A stretch of 64,000 nucleotides of DNA, from contig JBPGPT010000008.1 of assembly GCA_051047955.1 (NCBI GenBank), forward strand, positions 1-64,000. Direction: 5' to 3'. Positions within the stretch are counted from its first letter, which is position 1. Each line of letters opens with the position of its first letter. A program made the translations under genes and the position numbers. Positions 24,026 through 37,997 of the stretch are shown here, piece by piece. The notes beneath the pieces are model-generated. The model ran no database searches. It was not told where the DNA came from and saw nothing but the letters and a program-made list of their open reading frames with translations. The stretch comes from Cystobasidiomycetes sp. EMM_F5. Its lineage: Eukaryota.

Positions 24026-27000
24026 TCAGATTGTCAGCATTCTTTGTCTGCTGGCAATCTTTTGCCGGATGATGTGGAGAAGCTCGAGCATGTGCTCGTC
24101 GTAGGCAACGTCTTGCGTCGCTGCGGTCTTCAGAACTGCATGACAACCGGCCGCAATCAGCTTGCGATCGCACACTGTGTCAGACCATGGAACGCACGGA
24201 AAGCCGCATCTGCTTGTAGATCCAGTGTCAAAGCCTGGTCCTTCTTCTTGGTCTGTTCTCGCAGTTTGGTCCGCTCTTCAAACTTTTGCGAGATGGCAAT
24301 TGCGCGCTCGACCACGTCTCTAGGAACGCCAGCCATCGAAGCTACATGCGGACCATAGCTCTTTGGCGAGCATCTTGAACAAGTACTCATCAGCGTTTGC
24401 TTAGCGATGCCCTTCCAGCTACGTCAGACGCACCCATCTGTCAAATGATAGACGAACGTAACTTCACGAGTGGTGTCGTCGACATGTGTGCTCATATGCT
24501 TCAGGGCAATCTGCGGATGTTGCGCGAAGTCGTCGACCAGCGAAGTGAAATGGGTGGCGAAGAAACCGATACAACCAGTGTGTCCTGCCAGCTGGTGTAG
24601 CACGGCGAATGCAATGCTGAGACCGTCGAATGTGCTCGTACTGTTCCAAAGATATCATCTCGTCAGCGAACGAGACCCATTAGAGCTGTCTTGCTTACCC
24701 CCGGCCTAGCTCGTCCAGGATTACCATAGTTCTCGGCGTGCTTTCGATCAGTATTTTTCGACAATCCTCCATCTCGACCCTGAACGTGGATTGGCCAGCC
24801 AGCATGTTGTCCGAAGCTCCCATTCGCGATACTATCCTGTCGCAAGGCGAGATGCGCGCCGAGGTGGCCGGAACATAGCAGCCGATTTGGGCCATGATGA
24901 GTCCTACACAGCTCATACGCAACAAGGTGGACTTGCCGGCCATCTGAGCAACGAGGCCAATGTTAGTCTATAGGCGTAGCACAAGTCTCTACTGGTGTAC
25001 CCACATTTGGACCAGTCAGCAATATCATCTTGGCTGCATCACCTCCCAATTTTACGTCGTTGGGTATGAAGTCGCTTGTCGTACTGAACACGCAGGGATG
25101 CCGAAGACCTTCAAAGTCTACAAAAGCCCGAGGCGAGTCGATGATCTCTGGTCGACATGCTGGATGACCCAAGTTGTCCGACGCCAAAGCCAAACTGACC
25201 AGACAGTCGATTTCCGCAAGGGTCTTCACGGCCTGAAGCCAGTCGGCATAATTCTCGCTGAATTCGGCATATACCTGTCGTGTGCAATAGATTAGTGGGG
25301 TGAGGTCAAGGCCAAGTCGGCCGAACACACCTTGAAGCGAAAAACTTGACCAGCTTGATCTTTCAGCTCCCGAGCCTCCTTGAGCTCACCGACCAATTTT
25401 TCGACTTCTCTATTCCAGTAACGGCTCTTGTCTTTTGTCCCCGTCATCTTTGTCCAGTTTGACGGCACCTTGACCTTGACAGGAACTTCAATCTGATAAA
25501 TATCCTTCGTGCCAATGTCCTTGAATGCGATGTCTTTCGTGCTATAGAGAGCTGTGTAAGCTTGAATCCTCACTTCAGGCATGGCAGACGCACCCGAGCA
25601 ATCTTTTACATTTCTGCAATTCGTCATCTAGCGCCTTTTCGATCGCAGCAACTTCAGATGTCGTGGCCTAGAGAAGGGTCAGCGTACATATTATGCACGG
25701 ATCACACCACTCACATCATACTCTTCGTCAGCTCCGTCTATCGGGATCACTTCCTCGCCATTCTCCGATACTGTGAAGAAACTTTGAACATGTTCGACGA
25801 GCTGAGCCACGTCCGGGGCTGATCTCAGAAGAGCCTTTATGCCGGCGGATTGAAAGTCTTCTGCCGCGATGGTGAGGTCTGCGAAGGCTCGGTCTAGTCT
25901 TTCATAGACTGACAGTACTTTCGTGCTGTACAAAAGCCACATCATTGGTAAGCCTTGCTCAATATCGACATGGTATGCGCATCACCCACAAGTCCCTGAC
26001 GCGACAGCTTCCGGCGTGAATCCGACTAATGAGCCGTTCGAGATCTGGCATGCCTTTGTTGACCTTGCGCCACGTATCTCTGAAAGTTTGCGATTCCATG
26101 ATGTCTCCGACGGCATCCAATCTGGTTTGCCACATGAGCACTCGTCAACAATGTGCCAGCATAAGCCTCACCTCGCATTAATGGCGGCAGCTTCTCTGAG
26201 CGGTTGAGAGACCCAGATTTTTAATAGCCGCTTGCCGAAGCTCGTTTCGCATCGACAAAGCAGCTTGAAAACTGTACCTTCATCGGTACCTTCCGAATTT
26301 TGCAGGACCTCAACATGAGCTAAAGTCTGCCCATCGACTACGAGCGCCTGTCCGTTACGGATGGGATCGAAGATGTTGAAATTTCTCACGGCGAAAAGGT
26401 CGCGATCTAGATTTAGGCTGCGGAGGTAAAATAGAACGCCGCCCATAGCGCTCATTGCTTCGGGATTTCCATACATCCCCTGAACCTCTGCCGGTACCTT
26501 GTCGTCAAATATCTTCTCGATGTCGGCGATAGCATGCTCCGAGTCAGGAAACTCGGAACCCGCTTTTAGCATTGTCCATGAACAGTCCGGTCCGACACAT
26601 GCACGAAGAAGTCGCATAGTCGGCACACTCAGGTTTCCTCTTTCGCATACCAATTCTTTGGGCTTGTGTTGGCGTATAGTAGTCTCCAGACGCGTACGAC
26701 ATGCGTCATCCTCGAAAGCGGAGATGGAAAATTGCGCTGTAGAGCAGTCTGCAACGACGATTCCGAATCGCGGATTGCCAGCAGCATCGGCAATGTATTC
26801 TTTGATGCATATGCAATGATTCGAAAGGTCGTCCGTGAGAATGTGACCATCGGTGACGGTGCCAGTGGTCAGAACGCTCTTGAGAGTACGTTGGACGATA
26901 CCCTTTCCTACAGCGGCAGCGGCTTTACCCTTCTTCTCCTCTTTTCTACGCATGTCGGCTCCGATGGCAGTCTCCGCTTGTTCGACGCGACCAACCTTTG

Positions 27001-28696
27001 CAGAAATTCAGCGTTGTATGTACATAGTCAGGCCGCTCGCCACGACTAACCTTGTGCCCCGCACCGAGAAACTTTGCAATCCAAAAGTCAATACTCGCTT
27101 CGGGAACACCGACCATTCGCATTTTGACTCGTCCGGTGAGCTTCAGATCAAATTCCTGATGGCCGATATCCGCATCCCTCTCGTACAATTCTATGGTATA
27201 CGATTTTAGCGGAAAATGTCAACGGGATTCATGCAACTTACCGAAGAATTTGCCCTTTTGGAAGAAGAGTACAGTGTCCATGTCTGAAAGATGCCCTTAG
27301 CCAGCTTCAGCTTCACTCGTGCAGGAGGTCTCACGATTTCGCTTAATGTCCCAAAACTGACGCTCAAATGGCGTGAATTTCTCTTCTTGTTTGGGAGGGA
27401 TGTATACGGTCCGCGGATCGTACATCGGATCGTCTATGCAGCACGTTCAGTTCATCTGGCCAGATACAGTCTTTGCGGTGTATATACCTGGTCTCTTCAT
27501 GTAACGATCGCGGATATGTTCATCTTTGAGGAAATCAAATACCTCCCCTTCTTCTCGGTAAGCCGTCTGACGCTCCTGTTGAGGCACAATCAGTCAGCTT
27601 GTGCATACGAGAATGTGGTCGTTGCGTACTTCTCTGGCAGCATCGGCGGAAGTCTGCAGCAATCCACCGGTGGCTTTCGGCTTATTCTTCTGCTTACAAT
27701 CATCCGTGAGAAGCATTTGGACAGACCTCGAGTATATACCCACCGGTGCCGCTTTCTCTGCTTTCTTCTTGGTGACCGCCTTCTTTATTGGTTTAGACCC
27801 TTCTCCGTCGCTCAAATTGATGACGGCATCCCAATCTACTCCGCCATCGTCGTCCGAGAGCATAGCCTCATCCTCGTCCTGATACTCGTCATCTTTGATC
27901 TTTTGCTTCTTGCCATTCGGCGGCTGCATTTTGCCCTTTACAGCCTTTTTCAAAGGCCGCTCCTGCAATTCCTCGTCTTCATCCTCTTCGCCCTCGGAAT
28001 CTACAATGGCGCGTCGCTTCTGAGCCTAGGTACGACATGTCAGCTTTGCCGTTCTTCCGGTTTTCCAGATAACGCCTGGCCTACACGTTTGGATGCAGGA
28101 CGCTTAGAGATGTGCTCTTCGTCATCCTCGTCATCGTTATACAGCATGTCGCTGTCTGCACCAATATCGCTCGCGCTCGTACTCGCACCCGGAGTTGCCG
28201 AGTTGCGCAGGGAGTTCGACCTATCGCCTGCTGAGGCAATATCCTCACCATCGCTAGTCAAGGGCGGCGTAGGTATGGAGCGGGGCAACAGAGCAGCTTG
28301 TGCTTTGCCACCAAGCGTAGACTTGTTGCCAGCAGCTCCGAACGGCTGAGTGTCATTGCGGAATGAATTCAGATCACGCAGCTTGCTGAAAGAAATAGAG
28401 TCCTCTTCAATCCCGTCAGAAGATAGATCAATAGTCATTTCGGAAGTCTTGACAGTGTTGGATGGGGCATGATTGGATTTCAGCGAGACTTTGACTGCTG
28501 GCTTCACATTGCTGCTGCTGCCGCTAGCATAGCTAGACGAGCCTGCAGACGTCGCAGTTGAGGGTGTTGCTGGTGGAAGCTGTCTGGGGGTGTTTGTCGC
28601 CGGTGCCGCTGCTGGCGCGGGCTTCTGAACCGCACTCTTGGTGAAGAAGCCCAGCAGGCTCGACTGCTTTCCCTGGCTGCTAGCTGGTTTGCTCAT
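24026..28696 (-). CDS. MSH6: DNA mismatch repair protein Msh6
   Basis: N-terminal PIP box [72 protein letters not shown]. Confidence 0.97.
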
Positions 28697-28759
28697 TGTG
28701 TGTTCATGGATGTGATGCAGCTCGTTGTGCTGGCGCCGGGTTGGTCGGAAAACAAGCAC

Positions 28760-28815
28760 AAACGCAGTAAACACGTAAAGTAAACTTCGCGTAAACATTT
28801 GAAGAACGCGTTCAA
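28760..28815. promoter_or_regulatory. Cluster of forkhead-type GTAAAC(A) and MCB-type ACGCGT/ACGCGA sites in the MSH6 / RAD51-paralogue divergent promoter
   Basis: GTAAACA 28767 and 28791, GTAAAC 28780, TCGCGT 28787, ACGCGT 28806. Confidence 0.55.
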
Positions 28816-28945
28816 TGGTCCTGCCAAATTTGCAAATACTGAGCAACACAGTGTGCATGATGCGAGCCAGGCTACTGCAAGAATACTCGTGAAGACTGGC
28901 TAGGTCTCGCGTATGAATGTGGACTTGTTGACATATATTCCAGCA

Positions 28946-30371
28946 ATGACCTCCCGAAGGCTGCTCCAGGATGGTAGGAGTGGAGTCGCGAGTTAGATGA
29001 TGCAGATGCTAATCTTCATCACAGACGACGACCTTCTCTCGCAAAGCAGCGGCAAGATTGCCCGTACGGGTCGAATGCTCGCGCAGAGTGCCGCGTCGCT
29101 CTTAGAACGGTCACAGCGCCATCACCGTCTACCTAGCGGATGTGATGCTTTCGACCGTCTTATATCTACTGGAACTACCCACACAGTGCGTCTACCGCAT
29201 CCCGCCGACGGGTTGACGCTCGGGTCCGTTATGGAGATTAGCGGGGCACCAGGCGAAGGCAAGACAAGGACTTGCATTTCCTATGCAATGCAGGCCGCCA
29301 TAAAGGGCGAGAAAGATTCACCAGCAGTCCTCTTCGTTGGCGGGTCCCGGTCATCTTGGCGTCATGTATTCGGCTGATGGATGTGGCATCACAGATACCC
29401 AGGGCAGTGTCCCGCTTACCATATTGCAAGAGGCAGCTCTGAGCGTGTCCGACACCGTAGAAGGTGTGATTATGCGCACATGATCAAGGACATCAGGCTG
29501 AATGGTACACAAAGCTGCAGTAGCAATCCTCGACAGAGTTATTTTGTGGAGCTGCAGCGAGACAGACGATATTCTTTCGGTCTTTCACACCCTACCGCAA
29601 TGGCTCGCCGAGCATACATCAGTGAGCTCACGACTATCTTAGATTGTACTATCAGCTAATCCAGGGTTCAGGTAAGACTAGTCATTATAGATTCGCTATC
29701 GTCGCCTCTCTCGACATACCTCGTTCCGAGTTTGTCAGCAAGCATCACAAAAGATTATGAGGAGAAGAGCCGCAAGCAAAGCTCTAGCAGTAGCAAGAAA
29801 CGTCGAATCAGCACTTCTTTCGCTAAGCAGAATGCAGCTCATAGTGTCATTCGGTCTCTCCTGAGCACTATGATCAAGGACACCCTGCTCACAATCACAG
29901 CAGCTCGTACTCTGGCAGTCATACTTACCACGCAGAGCAAGACCAAGCTGACTGACGAGTTTGGAGAAAATGTCAATTTTCGTGAGGCAAAACATGCATT
30001 TGCTGTCCCACAATTCAGTAGGCACCCATTAACGCTTGTACGAGGGCTTCCAGGTGTGCTGAAAAATACGGGAACGTTTATTTAGATCCTTTTTGGCATA
30101 TTCCCAACACCACGCAAGTGCTGCTAGCTGCCGGTCATGCCGGTTCGCGAACGGCGACCCTGCTTCTTTCGTCAGCTTCCGAACGAGGGAGAAGTATCCT
30201 ATTCCGTACCACTGTACGTAAGCGCACGGACTCGTGCAGGACGAGCGAGCTGAGAGGTCTCGAAACAGCCAGGCGGGATTGCCGATATCCAACAGGACTG
30301 ATCGGCTGAATATCGGTCGGCGGAGTAAGCGAAGGACGCGCAGTCAATACTCTGCAGCTGGACCGCTGTAA
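28946..30371 (+). CDS. RAD51 paralogue (RAD51C/Rad55-like)
   Basis: LPSGCDAFDRLI, Walker A EISGAPGEGKT, VLFVDTQGS, Walker B LPQWLAEHTSVRLVIIDS, LAVILTTQ; 3' end approximate. Confidence 0.85.
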
Positions 30372-30515
30372 CAAGTCGTCCTGACTGTCGAAAGCTGTCC
30401 CAGCACTCCCTCGTAAACACGCAATGCTCGCGTGACAAGAATGGTCACGTGCTCGCAAATTTTCGCCAATACCGACCACTGCACTTGAGCAGCAGTCTGC
30501 CTCAGCTGCAACAGC

Positions 30516-33500
30516 ATGAAACGGCCTCGACACGCCGAACCAGTCAGTGACGATGACGATGAAAATGCCTTTGACGATGGCGATGACCTTATGGCCCGGG
30601 CGGCAGAGATGATGGATTTCGATGATGAAACGGACGACGATGAGACCAATACAGACAGCGCTGTGGACGATGACGCAGAGAACGGGAACGCAGTCAATAA
30701 AGACAATGGCTTTGTAGATGGCAATGGCGAAGCTCGCACGAAGAAGGCTCGACTCGAGGAAGTGTCAAGCAGCAATGCACCCGACATGGTGGAAATGCCC
30801 GACGAGTTGCGTAGTACCCTACAGCTACAGGTAGGGCGCATCATCACCAGGATGTACTATGTTGATATGCTGCTGATAAATGACTTATGCCTTTCCTACA
30901 GATAGATGCTCTGCTTTCTTCTGTACGGTGTCCGGCTCGCTCTAGCACCAAGGCCAAATCGCTATCAGCTTTCTTGGACAGTTTACAGTAAGTGCGGTAA
31001 TATAGCAGTATGCAGTATCCTCAGACAGCTTTGCTTTATAGACATGTTTTGCAAAAATCGCCGGCTCTCCCTGCCAGACCAGCCATGGAGGCTGTAGCAG
31101 CACTCAAACACTCTTTGCCCCTGGATGAACGATTGGTCGACTTGTCTGCCGTCAATTGGTCGATGGCCTTCGAACCGCCGGCGAATGTTACAGTCGGCGG
31201 GAGCTGGCCTCTTGCTTCAGGCGTGAAGTGGAAAGGCGACGCCGGCTGGAGTGTGGACGTATTCGTGGAAATGCCGTCTGTGAGTGTAGCCAGTCTTGGT
31301 ATCCTGCCAATGGCTCAATGAGGTGTTCTTTCCCATAGATTCTATTCCAGGAGAAGGATGTTCGCGATTTCCGCTATCTCTACAAAAGATCCTTCTTCCT
31401 GGCAAATCTCAAACAGGTTTTAGAGGCTGCTCAGCTCCCGGTAGAGGTCAGGTATACGACGTTAGCTAGCAACGACTGGAGACCCATCATCGAGTTGCGC
31501 CCGACTGGCACCGGCGGAGAGCTCGACTTCAAGGGGACTCGCTCTATTGTCCGAATCATACCCTGTTTCGACTGGAAGTCATTTCCGGGTCGACTGTCTA
31601 GGCTGCTTCCTGACAGAGATAACCTGCGAAATGGCAATGCCTCAACTGGGGAGCCATCACCAACACCACGATATAATGCCACAATTGCCGCAGACGGCCT
31701 GGCTATCGAAAATCAGAACATGCTGGCACAGGTGTTGTCAGACGTGCCCTCATTCTCTCACGCAGTGGCTCTACTCAAGATATGGTCGCTTCAAAGAGGT
31801 CATCAACAGATGATTGGCTTGTCTGGGATCCATCATGTATGGACGATCCTCCTCTCACACCTCGTCGCCGGTCCAGGAAAAGGGCCACAGCGTCTATCGT
31901 CTAGAGGCAATGCATGGCAGCTCTTTACTGGCTGTCTCAATTATTTAGGTGAATCTGACTGTCCCGAGGATAGCTGGTCAGACTCTGATCGGTTGTGATG
32001 TTTAGCTTCCGTGAAGGATGTGGAATCGCTGCGTGTCTACCCCAACAGCCGCCCTGGTCTGACTATCAATGAGAAAGACTTCGACTGGGGAAAAAGCGAT
32101 TGCGCCACTTTGACGGACCTTACCGGGACTTACAATGTCCTTCAAGGCGTCCCGCCCGCTAGTCTGGAATATCTACGCTACGAAGCGCGTCTCTCGGTCC
32201 GACGACCCTCTGAGACGGAGGATGCCTTCTTCAAACGTTGCTTTATGACACCTTTCATCGACCAGCCGCATCTTCGCTTCGATTATACGGCCCGAATCAG
32301 CGCGTCATCTGCGAGCATCTTGCCTGGCAAGCATGACGTGCGCCACGTGGATGCAGCGTTTGCCAAAGTATCGCTTGTATTGAGCACTGCTCTCGGCAAC
32401 CGAGTTCGAGCGATCTACATTCAATCGCTTCCGTCAACATCGCCTGCAGAACATAAAGACGTCTTTATAGGGTTCCATATGAATCCAGAGAACGCTGCTC
32501 GCATTATTGAACATGGACCGCCCGCTGATGACGTCGAAGCAGCGCAACGCTTCAAGGCATTTTGGGGCTCGAAATCGGAGACGAGACGCTTCAAGGACGG
32601 CCGCATACTCGAGAGTGTAGTTTGGGATGCGGAAGGCCCAGCTGAGAGGGCAATCGTTTTTGTTCAGATCGTGCAACATATTCTTAATTACCATTTGGCA
32701 ATACCACATTCCGCAACACGTTTCTCGGCTGGTGCTTATGATAGTCTCCTTCTGCCTAGCCCACAGATCAGAAAGGCTCTGTATACCGCAGATACCGCAG
32801 ATACTGGCTTTTCGCCTGTGATGGCTGCATTCGACTACTTGTCAAAAGAGCTTAGAGCGCTTTCAGATGTCCCGCTCAAAGTGACAAGCGTCCTTCCAGT
32901 CGCGCCGGAATTAAGATACAGCAGTACCTTCGTCCCAGGAGCGTATAAGGTTAAATCGCTACCATACGCGTCGACCTCAGCCAACTTCGTACCTGTGATG
33001 GATTGTGTGATTGGCTTTGAAGGATCAGGCAGGTGGCCAGAAGATTTGGAAGCGATTCAGAAGATCAAGGCGGCATTCATGGCTAAGATTGGGGAGAGTC
33101 TCACGAAGCAGATGCCGGGTTCCAGATGCATTGTCGCTGCTATCCCGATGGCAGCAGCTGAGGCAACGCAGTGGAGTCTTGAAGTGACAATACCTCAAGG
33201 CTATACTTTCCGCTTGCAGGTTGCTTACGCTCGTGAGCGTCTACTCTTAGAAAATTCTCTTCTCGACGGACAGCTCGACAGTATCCGGAAGTCACAATTC
33301 CAGCGGATATTGCTAGAGAATCATCTCCTGTTTTCAGCCAGACCTTCACATCACGCCGCTATAGCTGTCCTCCAGCGCCGATTCAACTCGTATTCCTGGA
33401 CTGTACGTATCTTCAAGCGGTGGCTTGCAGCTCACTTACTGGCTCGACATGTCTCGGAAGAAACACTGGAACTGCTCGTTGCTTGTGCATATCTTCAATC

Positions 33501-34431
33501 CGATATGCCTCATCCTCCGCCGACCAGCGGCGCAGCAGGCTTTGCGCGTGTCCTGCAGCTCTTGGCCGAATGGGACTGGCGCGACTGTCCACTGAGCGTG
33601 CCGATGTATACCTCTCCAGCCGATGATGTTCCAGACAGCGTGCCTATATTCCCCGTGGCCAGGCGAAAGGAGGTAGACCGTCTATTTGCTCTGACGCGAG
33701 CTCGCGACCCTGCTTATCATCGACATACATGGATCATTGCTACGGAGCAGGACATGGCAGGCCAGATTTTCAGCCGCGACCAATCGTCAGCTATGGTGGC
33801 TGCCAGGATTCAGCACTTGGCTCAAGCCTGTCTTGTATCGCTGAGAGAGCTGGCCGTGCAAGGAAGCAACGATATTTACGTAAGCGATGCCGTGGCGCAT
33901 TTGAAACAGTGCTGAGACTTCAAACAACAGCATCTATTTACGACTCCCGTTGACACCTTTGACTTTGAGCTGCGCCTGGATGTCGATCAAGTCGGTCGCC
34001 ATGCTTACGCTGTCAAACCGGATACAAGGTCCCTTACCAAGCGGCCGCGAGTCAGTCAGCCGATAAGACCAGGTTACGATGCGGTTTCCCTTTTTTTGCG
34101 TCGAGCTGAGGTAGAGTGTCTTTTGTACATAGGCGCTATGAGAATCTCACTAACAATAACATCTACTGCTCAGACCATGCTTGAAGACCGTGCGGAACTC
34201 TTCTACGATATTAATGGTGGCACTACTGTCTATGGCTTGGTCAACCCATCTTTGGCGAAGAAGGGCAGAGAGTTCCGCATAGCTCTGGATTTCCCCTCTT
34301 CCATCACGAAACCGGCCGACAAAGCGGACAAGGCGAAGACTTCTTCGGTACACTTGGACACGCAGGCTATCCTGCACAAGCTTGTCGAGCTTAGTCAGGG
34401 TCTCGTGAAGTCCGCCCACCCGCGCAGCTGA
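30516..34431 (+). CDS. UTP22: U3 snoRNP-associated protein Utp22 / Nrap
   Basis: VDVFVEMP, FWGSKSETRRFKDGRILESVVW, FEGSGRWPEDLEAIQKIKAAF, TVRIFKRWLAAHLL. Confidence 0.95.
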
Positions 34432-34476
34432 TACCTGGGTGCTTCGCTCTCGATAGCTTTGAGACTATCCTGACTC

Positions 34477-36167
34477 TTATTTGGCGATGCAATCCTTATA
34501 CTCTGGGGCGACCTCGACTCCGCTGCGACGCAGGTCGTCGAACCAGGGGACAGTGTACATATAGGCCAAAAGTCCTACTGCGGCCCCGCCGAGCTGAACA
34601 AGGAAGAGGCGTCAGTCATCGTGTGGCAATCAGGCATTCTACGCACATGTGCAGCATGATCAAATGCCATGCCAAAGACTCTGTTTTACTGTGTCAGAAC
34701 GGCTTGCGCTAGCTTATGTCGGTGCAGATGTTGCTTACTTCCACCCTCGTATGAGGCCCAGTATATCCAGAGCAATCTGGGAATACGAATACGCATCTTC
34801 AGCAGACGATGCCATGCGGTCAGAGCGACAATGTTTCTTACGATGCCTCCCACGCCTACACCTATCGGCACAGAAAAGAAGGGGAGAATGATGAGGGAGA
34901 TAGACATCTCGGGAAATGCTAAGACTAAGATTATCAGGGACGTCGGCCGGGCGGCTGTCTAATGCCTCTTACCTAGTGCCGATACAACGATTGTCGCATA
35001 TACAGCTCCACTTGCCCCGAGGGAAGGCAAGATAGGTGAAACCGATGCGCCATATCGCAATATCCGTGGCAGGCGCCATAACAGCGAGTAGGCATGCGAT
35101 ATCCACGACGCTGCCAATCCAGCTGCTACAAAAAGGGCGATAAAATGGTAGCGCGGTGTAGATTCCAGCAGATCGGGATTTAACCGCTCATGCGCTAAAT
35201 GTAGATAATGATAGGTGCCTACTCTCCGGACGTCAGAACATGCAATGGAGGCCTTAGCAAGCCCGCTCTGCCTACTGGTCCCAAATCCATAGAATGCGAT
35301 CGAATTGAACAGAAAATGTAGAGTGGTCCTGTGAGAGAAGACGGACGTGAGCAGAGCTGACGGTGTTTAGATCAGCGACGATTCTGTAATAGAGGTCATG
35401 GCTGTCGCTGACTGTAGCTGCGTCCACTCAAAGGATCTGAGTGGACGTGAACGTGTTAGCCTATGAAGTTGTGATTCAGAAGGCAATCTACGAACAATGC
35501 GTGAATGTTGTCGTCATCAAGCCCGGAGCTACCCTCCAGGCCAAAAATACGACAGCCTGAGCGGCGATTATCGCTATGCAGGTACGCTGTCCTTCGTTCT
35601 TGTTGAGCCACCTGGGCATGTGAATCGTTAGCCGCATGTGTACAACAAGCTACGAGCGAATTCTGCCGACCATTCTGCTGCGAGAATGTAGGCTCTCTGC
35701 CTTTCGCCTCTGGGGTCAGGCGATTTGCCGATTGCACTCTTGACCATGCTGACCAATGATTGCTTTAATTCGGTAAGTCTCGACTTGGCTAGGTCCACAG
35801 CGGAAACTGCCCGAGAGCTGAAGACGCCCTTGCTGCTCTCGCATTGGCGCACTCGTTTGGCGGTATCTTCGTTGGTTAGCTGAGCTGCTAGCATGTAACC
35901 GCTGAATCCAACAAACCCGCAAAAGATGGACGGCCTCCACAATGAGGGTCGTTTTGTGGGGTGGATTGATGGACCAGCTTCGCTCCGGTTGACGGCGCCG
36001 GCGAAAGTGTTCTGCACTTGGATAGGACCGCTACGCACGGGCTGTGCATACCGAATGAGGCTGGTGTGGCAGAAGCGACGCGGTAACGGCGTACATTGCG
36101 TCAGCTTAGAGAAGGGAAGGGTTCCTGTGCGGAGCGTAGGAAAATTGAATGCCGTTAGTACAGACAT
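34477..36167 (-). CDS. PCP1: Mitochondrial rhomboid protease Pcp1/PARL
   Basis: Presequence; SVFSH...HFLFNS; catalytic SLGASGAVY; FDHAAHLGGAAVG. Confidence 0.92.
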
Positions 36168-36307
36168 GGTCAGTTTGAGCAATTAGAAGCAAGATAACCC
36201 GTTAAATGGGTTGCCAGACAGTTTCTTTGTTTGTGATCAGCTATCCTGGTATCCTTTTGTCGACGCATTGACCGAAAGAAATTGTCCGTGCACGCCCGCA
36301 CAGACTA

Positions 36308-37961
36308 ATGTCGACGCACAAAATATGCACACGATGTCTGCACTCTGCCGCCAGAAGCCTGGCCCCTCCGAGCAGTGCGCAAGCTGATATTGCGATAATC
36401 TGCGAAACATTATCTGAGAATTGTTGTTGCAGAAGGAGCGAGGTTCCCTGGACGCAATTTCGGAGGCAGAACAGCAGCTGGAGACGTCAGTCAGCTGGAC
36501 CTCAGTTTCGACTAAGTTTCTCTGACATCGCATTGTGCATTCTGCCCGTTCAAGTCTTCTGGCAGCACCTCTGCAGCTAGAACAAGCTCCGGCCCAAGCT
36601 GGGCTTCCCAGTCGGTTGACGTCTCCCATTTGCCATCACTCAGCCTGGTACGACTTGTGTAATCCAACAGCAGTTCGAAGCAAATTTGATTGCTTCTCGT
36701 AGGACGTTGCGCAGGAGGATAATATCGGCAAAGCATACCGATACCCCGAGTCGTACAATAGCGATATCTTGCAGCAGTATGCGCGCCCGTCGACTCTTGC
36801 GGATCTCGCCTATCACACCCCTCCAACGACAACACTCCGTTCGGCCACGCGAAAACTGCTCGACATGGTCAAGGACGGCGCCAACGACCGTATTGTCCTA
36901 AGTAGGTTGGTTATTTCTAGAACTCTCATACGAGCTTCTAATACACGTCGGGTGATAAGTTGGCAGGCCAGGTTCTGGGCGGACGACAATATTGCATCAA
37001 GCGATGGCTTGCGCAAACCCTGCAGATCATCTGATAATCTACATACCTGATGGTAACGACTGTTTGCTATGGCTTGGTGGCCGCTTTCTTACTCGGCACA
37101 TTGCGCAGTAAATGACCATGTGAAGGGGAAATACAGCCTGACCAAGTCGCAAGAAGGTGTCTACGAACAGCCGGATCTAGCGCAATCTATCCTTCAACAG
37201 ATACTCAAAAGTAACTCTAGATCTTTACAAAAGTGTAGTCCCGAGCTGCGCTCAAGCCTCCAAGCGGGTGCGAAAGACGCTTCATTAGCTGCTTCCGGCC
37301 TCCGAGGCCTACTCGCGAGTAAGACTTCGCAAAGGTATCGCTTCTTTGGATTTCACCTGCGTTGATTGTACACTGATTTTGTGATTAGCCCCCACATATT
37401 GCTTGTCATTGACGGGGCCGAATCCCTCTTCCGACCTTCACGATATCTTGACGAGAACGTTCAGACCATTCCTGTCAACAAGCTGGGTGTGCCTGGACTC
37501 TTGTTCGATTACGCGACAGGCTCCAAGAAACTAGCAAAGGGATCTGTCATTATGGCAGCCGACGGAACAGCCGATCTGCTGCGATTGCCTGGCGAAACGG
37601 GCAGACTATGCGTAGACAAGCTGACAAAGACCGAAGCGGCCGGCCTCTTTGCAAACCTGGCTGAAACGCAGATGCTAAACACAGGTGATTCTGACACGCT
37701 CGCTGTTCTTTGCATACTCCGGCTTATAGTCTTCTGCACATTCAGGTCTGACCGATGCTTCTTTTATGGATCGATATGTCGCAAGCGACGGTAACGCGCT
37801 GCAATTTAGTCGCGGACTACGCGATATCGTTGCCGGTACGGCTCGCGGTGTGGTCCGTCGGAAAGCGGGGCATGGTCGAGGCATACCTCAGCGAGATGAC
37901 CGTTTCATAACCATCTCGACCTGAGTCCCGGGTGCACTGTACCTTTCTCGCAGGCGTTTGA
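36308..37961 (+). CDS. RSM23: Mitoribosomal small-subunit protein mS29 (Rsm23/DAP3)
   Basis: Presequence; TTLRSATRKL, RIVL.GRPGSGRTTIL, YEQPDLAQSIL, LLVIDGAESLF..SRY, SDGNALQF. Confidence 0.8.
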
Positions 37962-37997
37962 CGATTCGCATGAAGATAATTATTCGTCAACTGTTGC

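Noticed and set aside
27291..28349. 352-aa plus-strand ORF
   Set aside because: Antisense shadow of the MSH6 N-terminal exons; no recognisable motifs.
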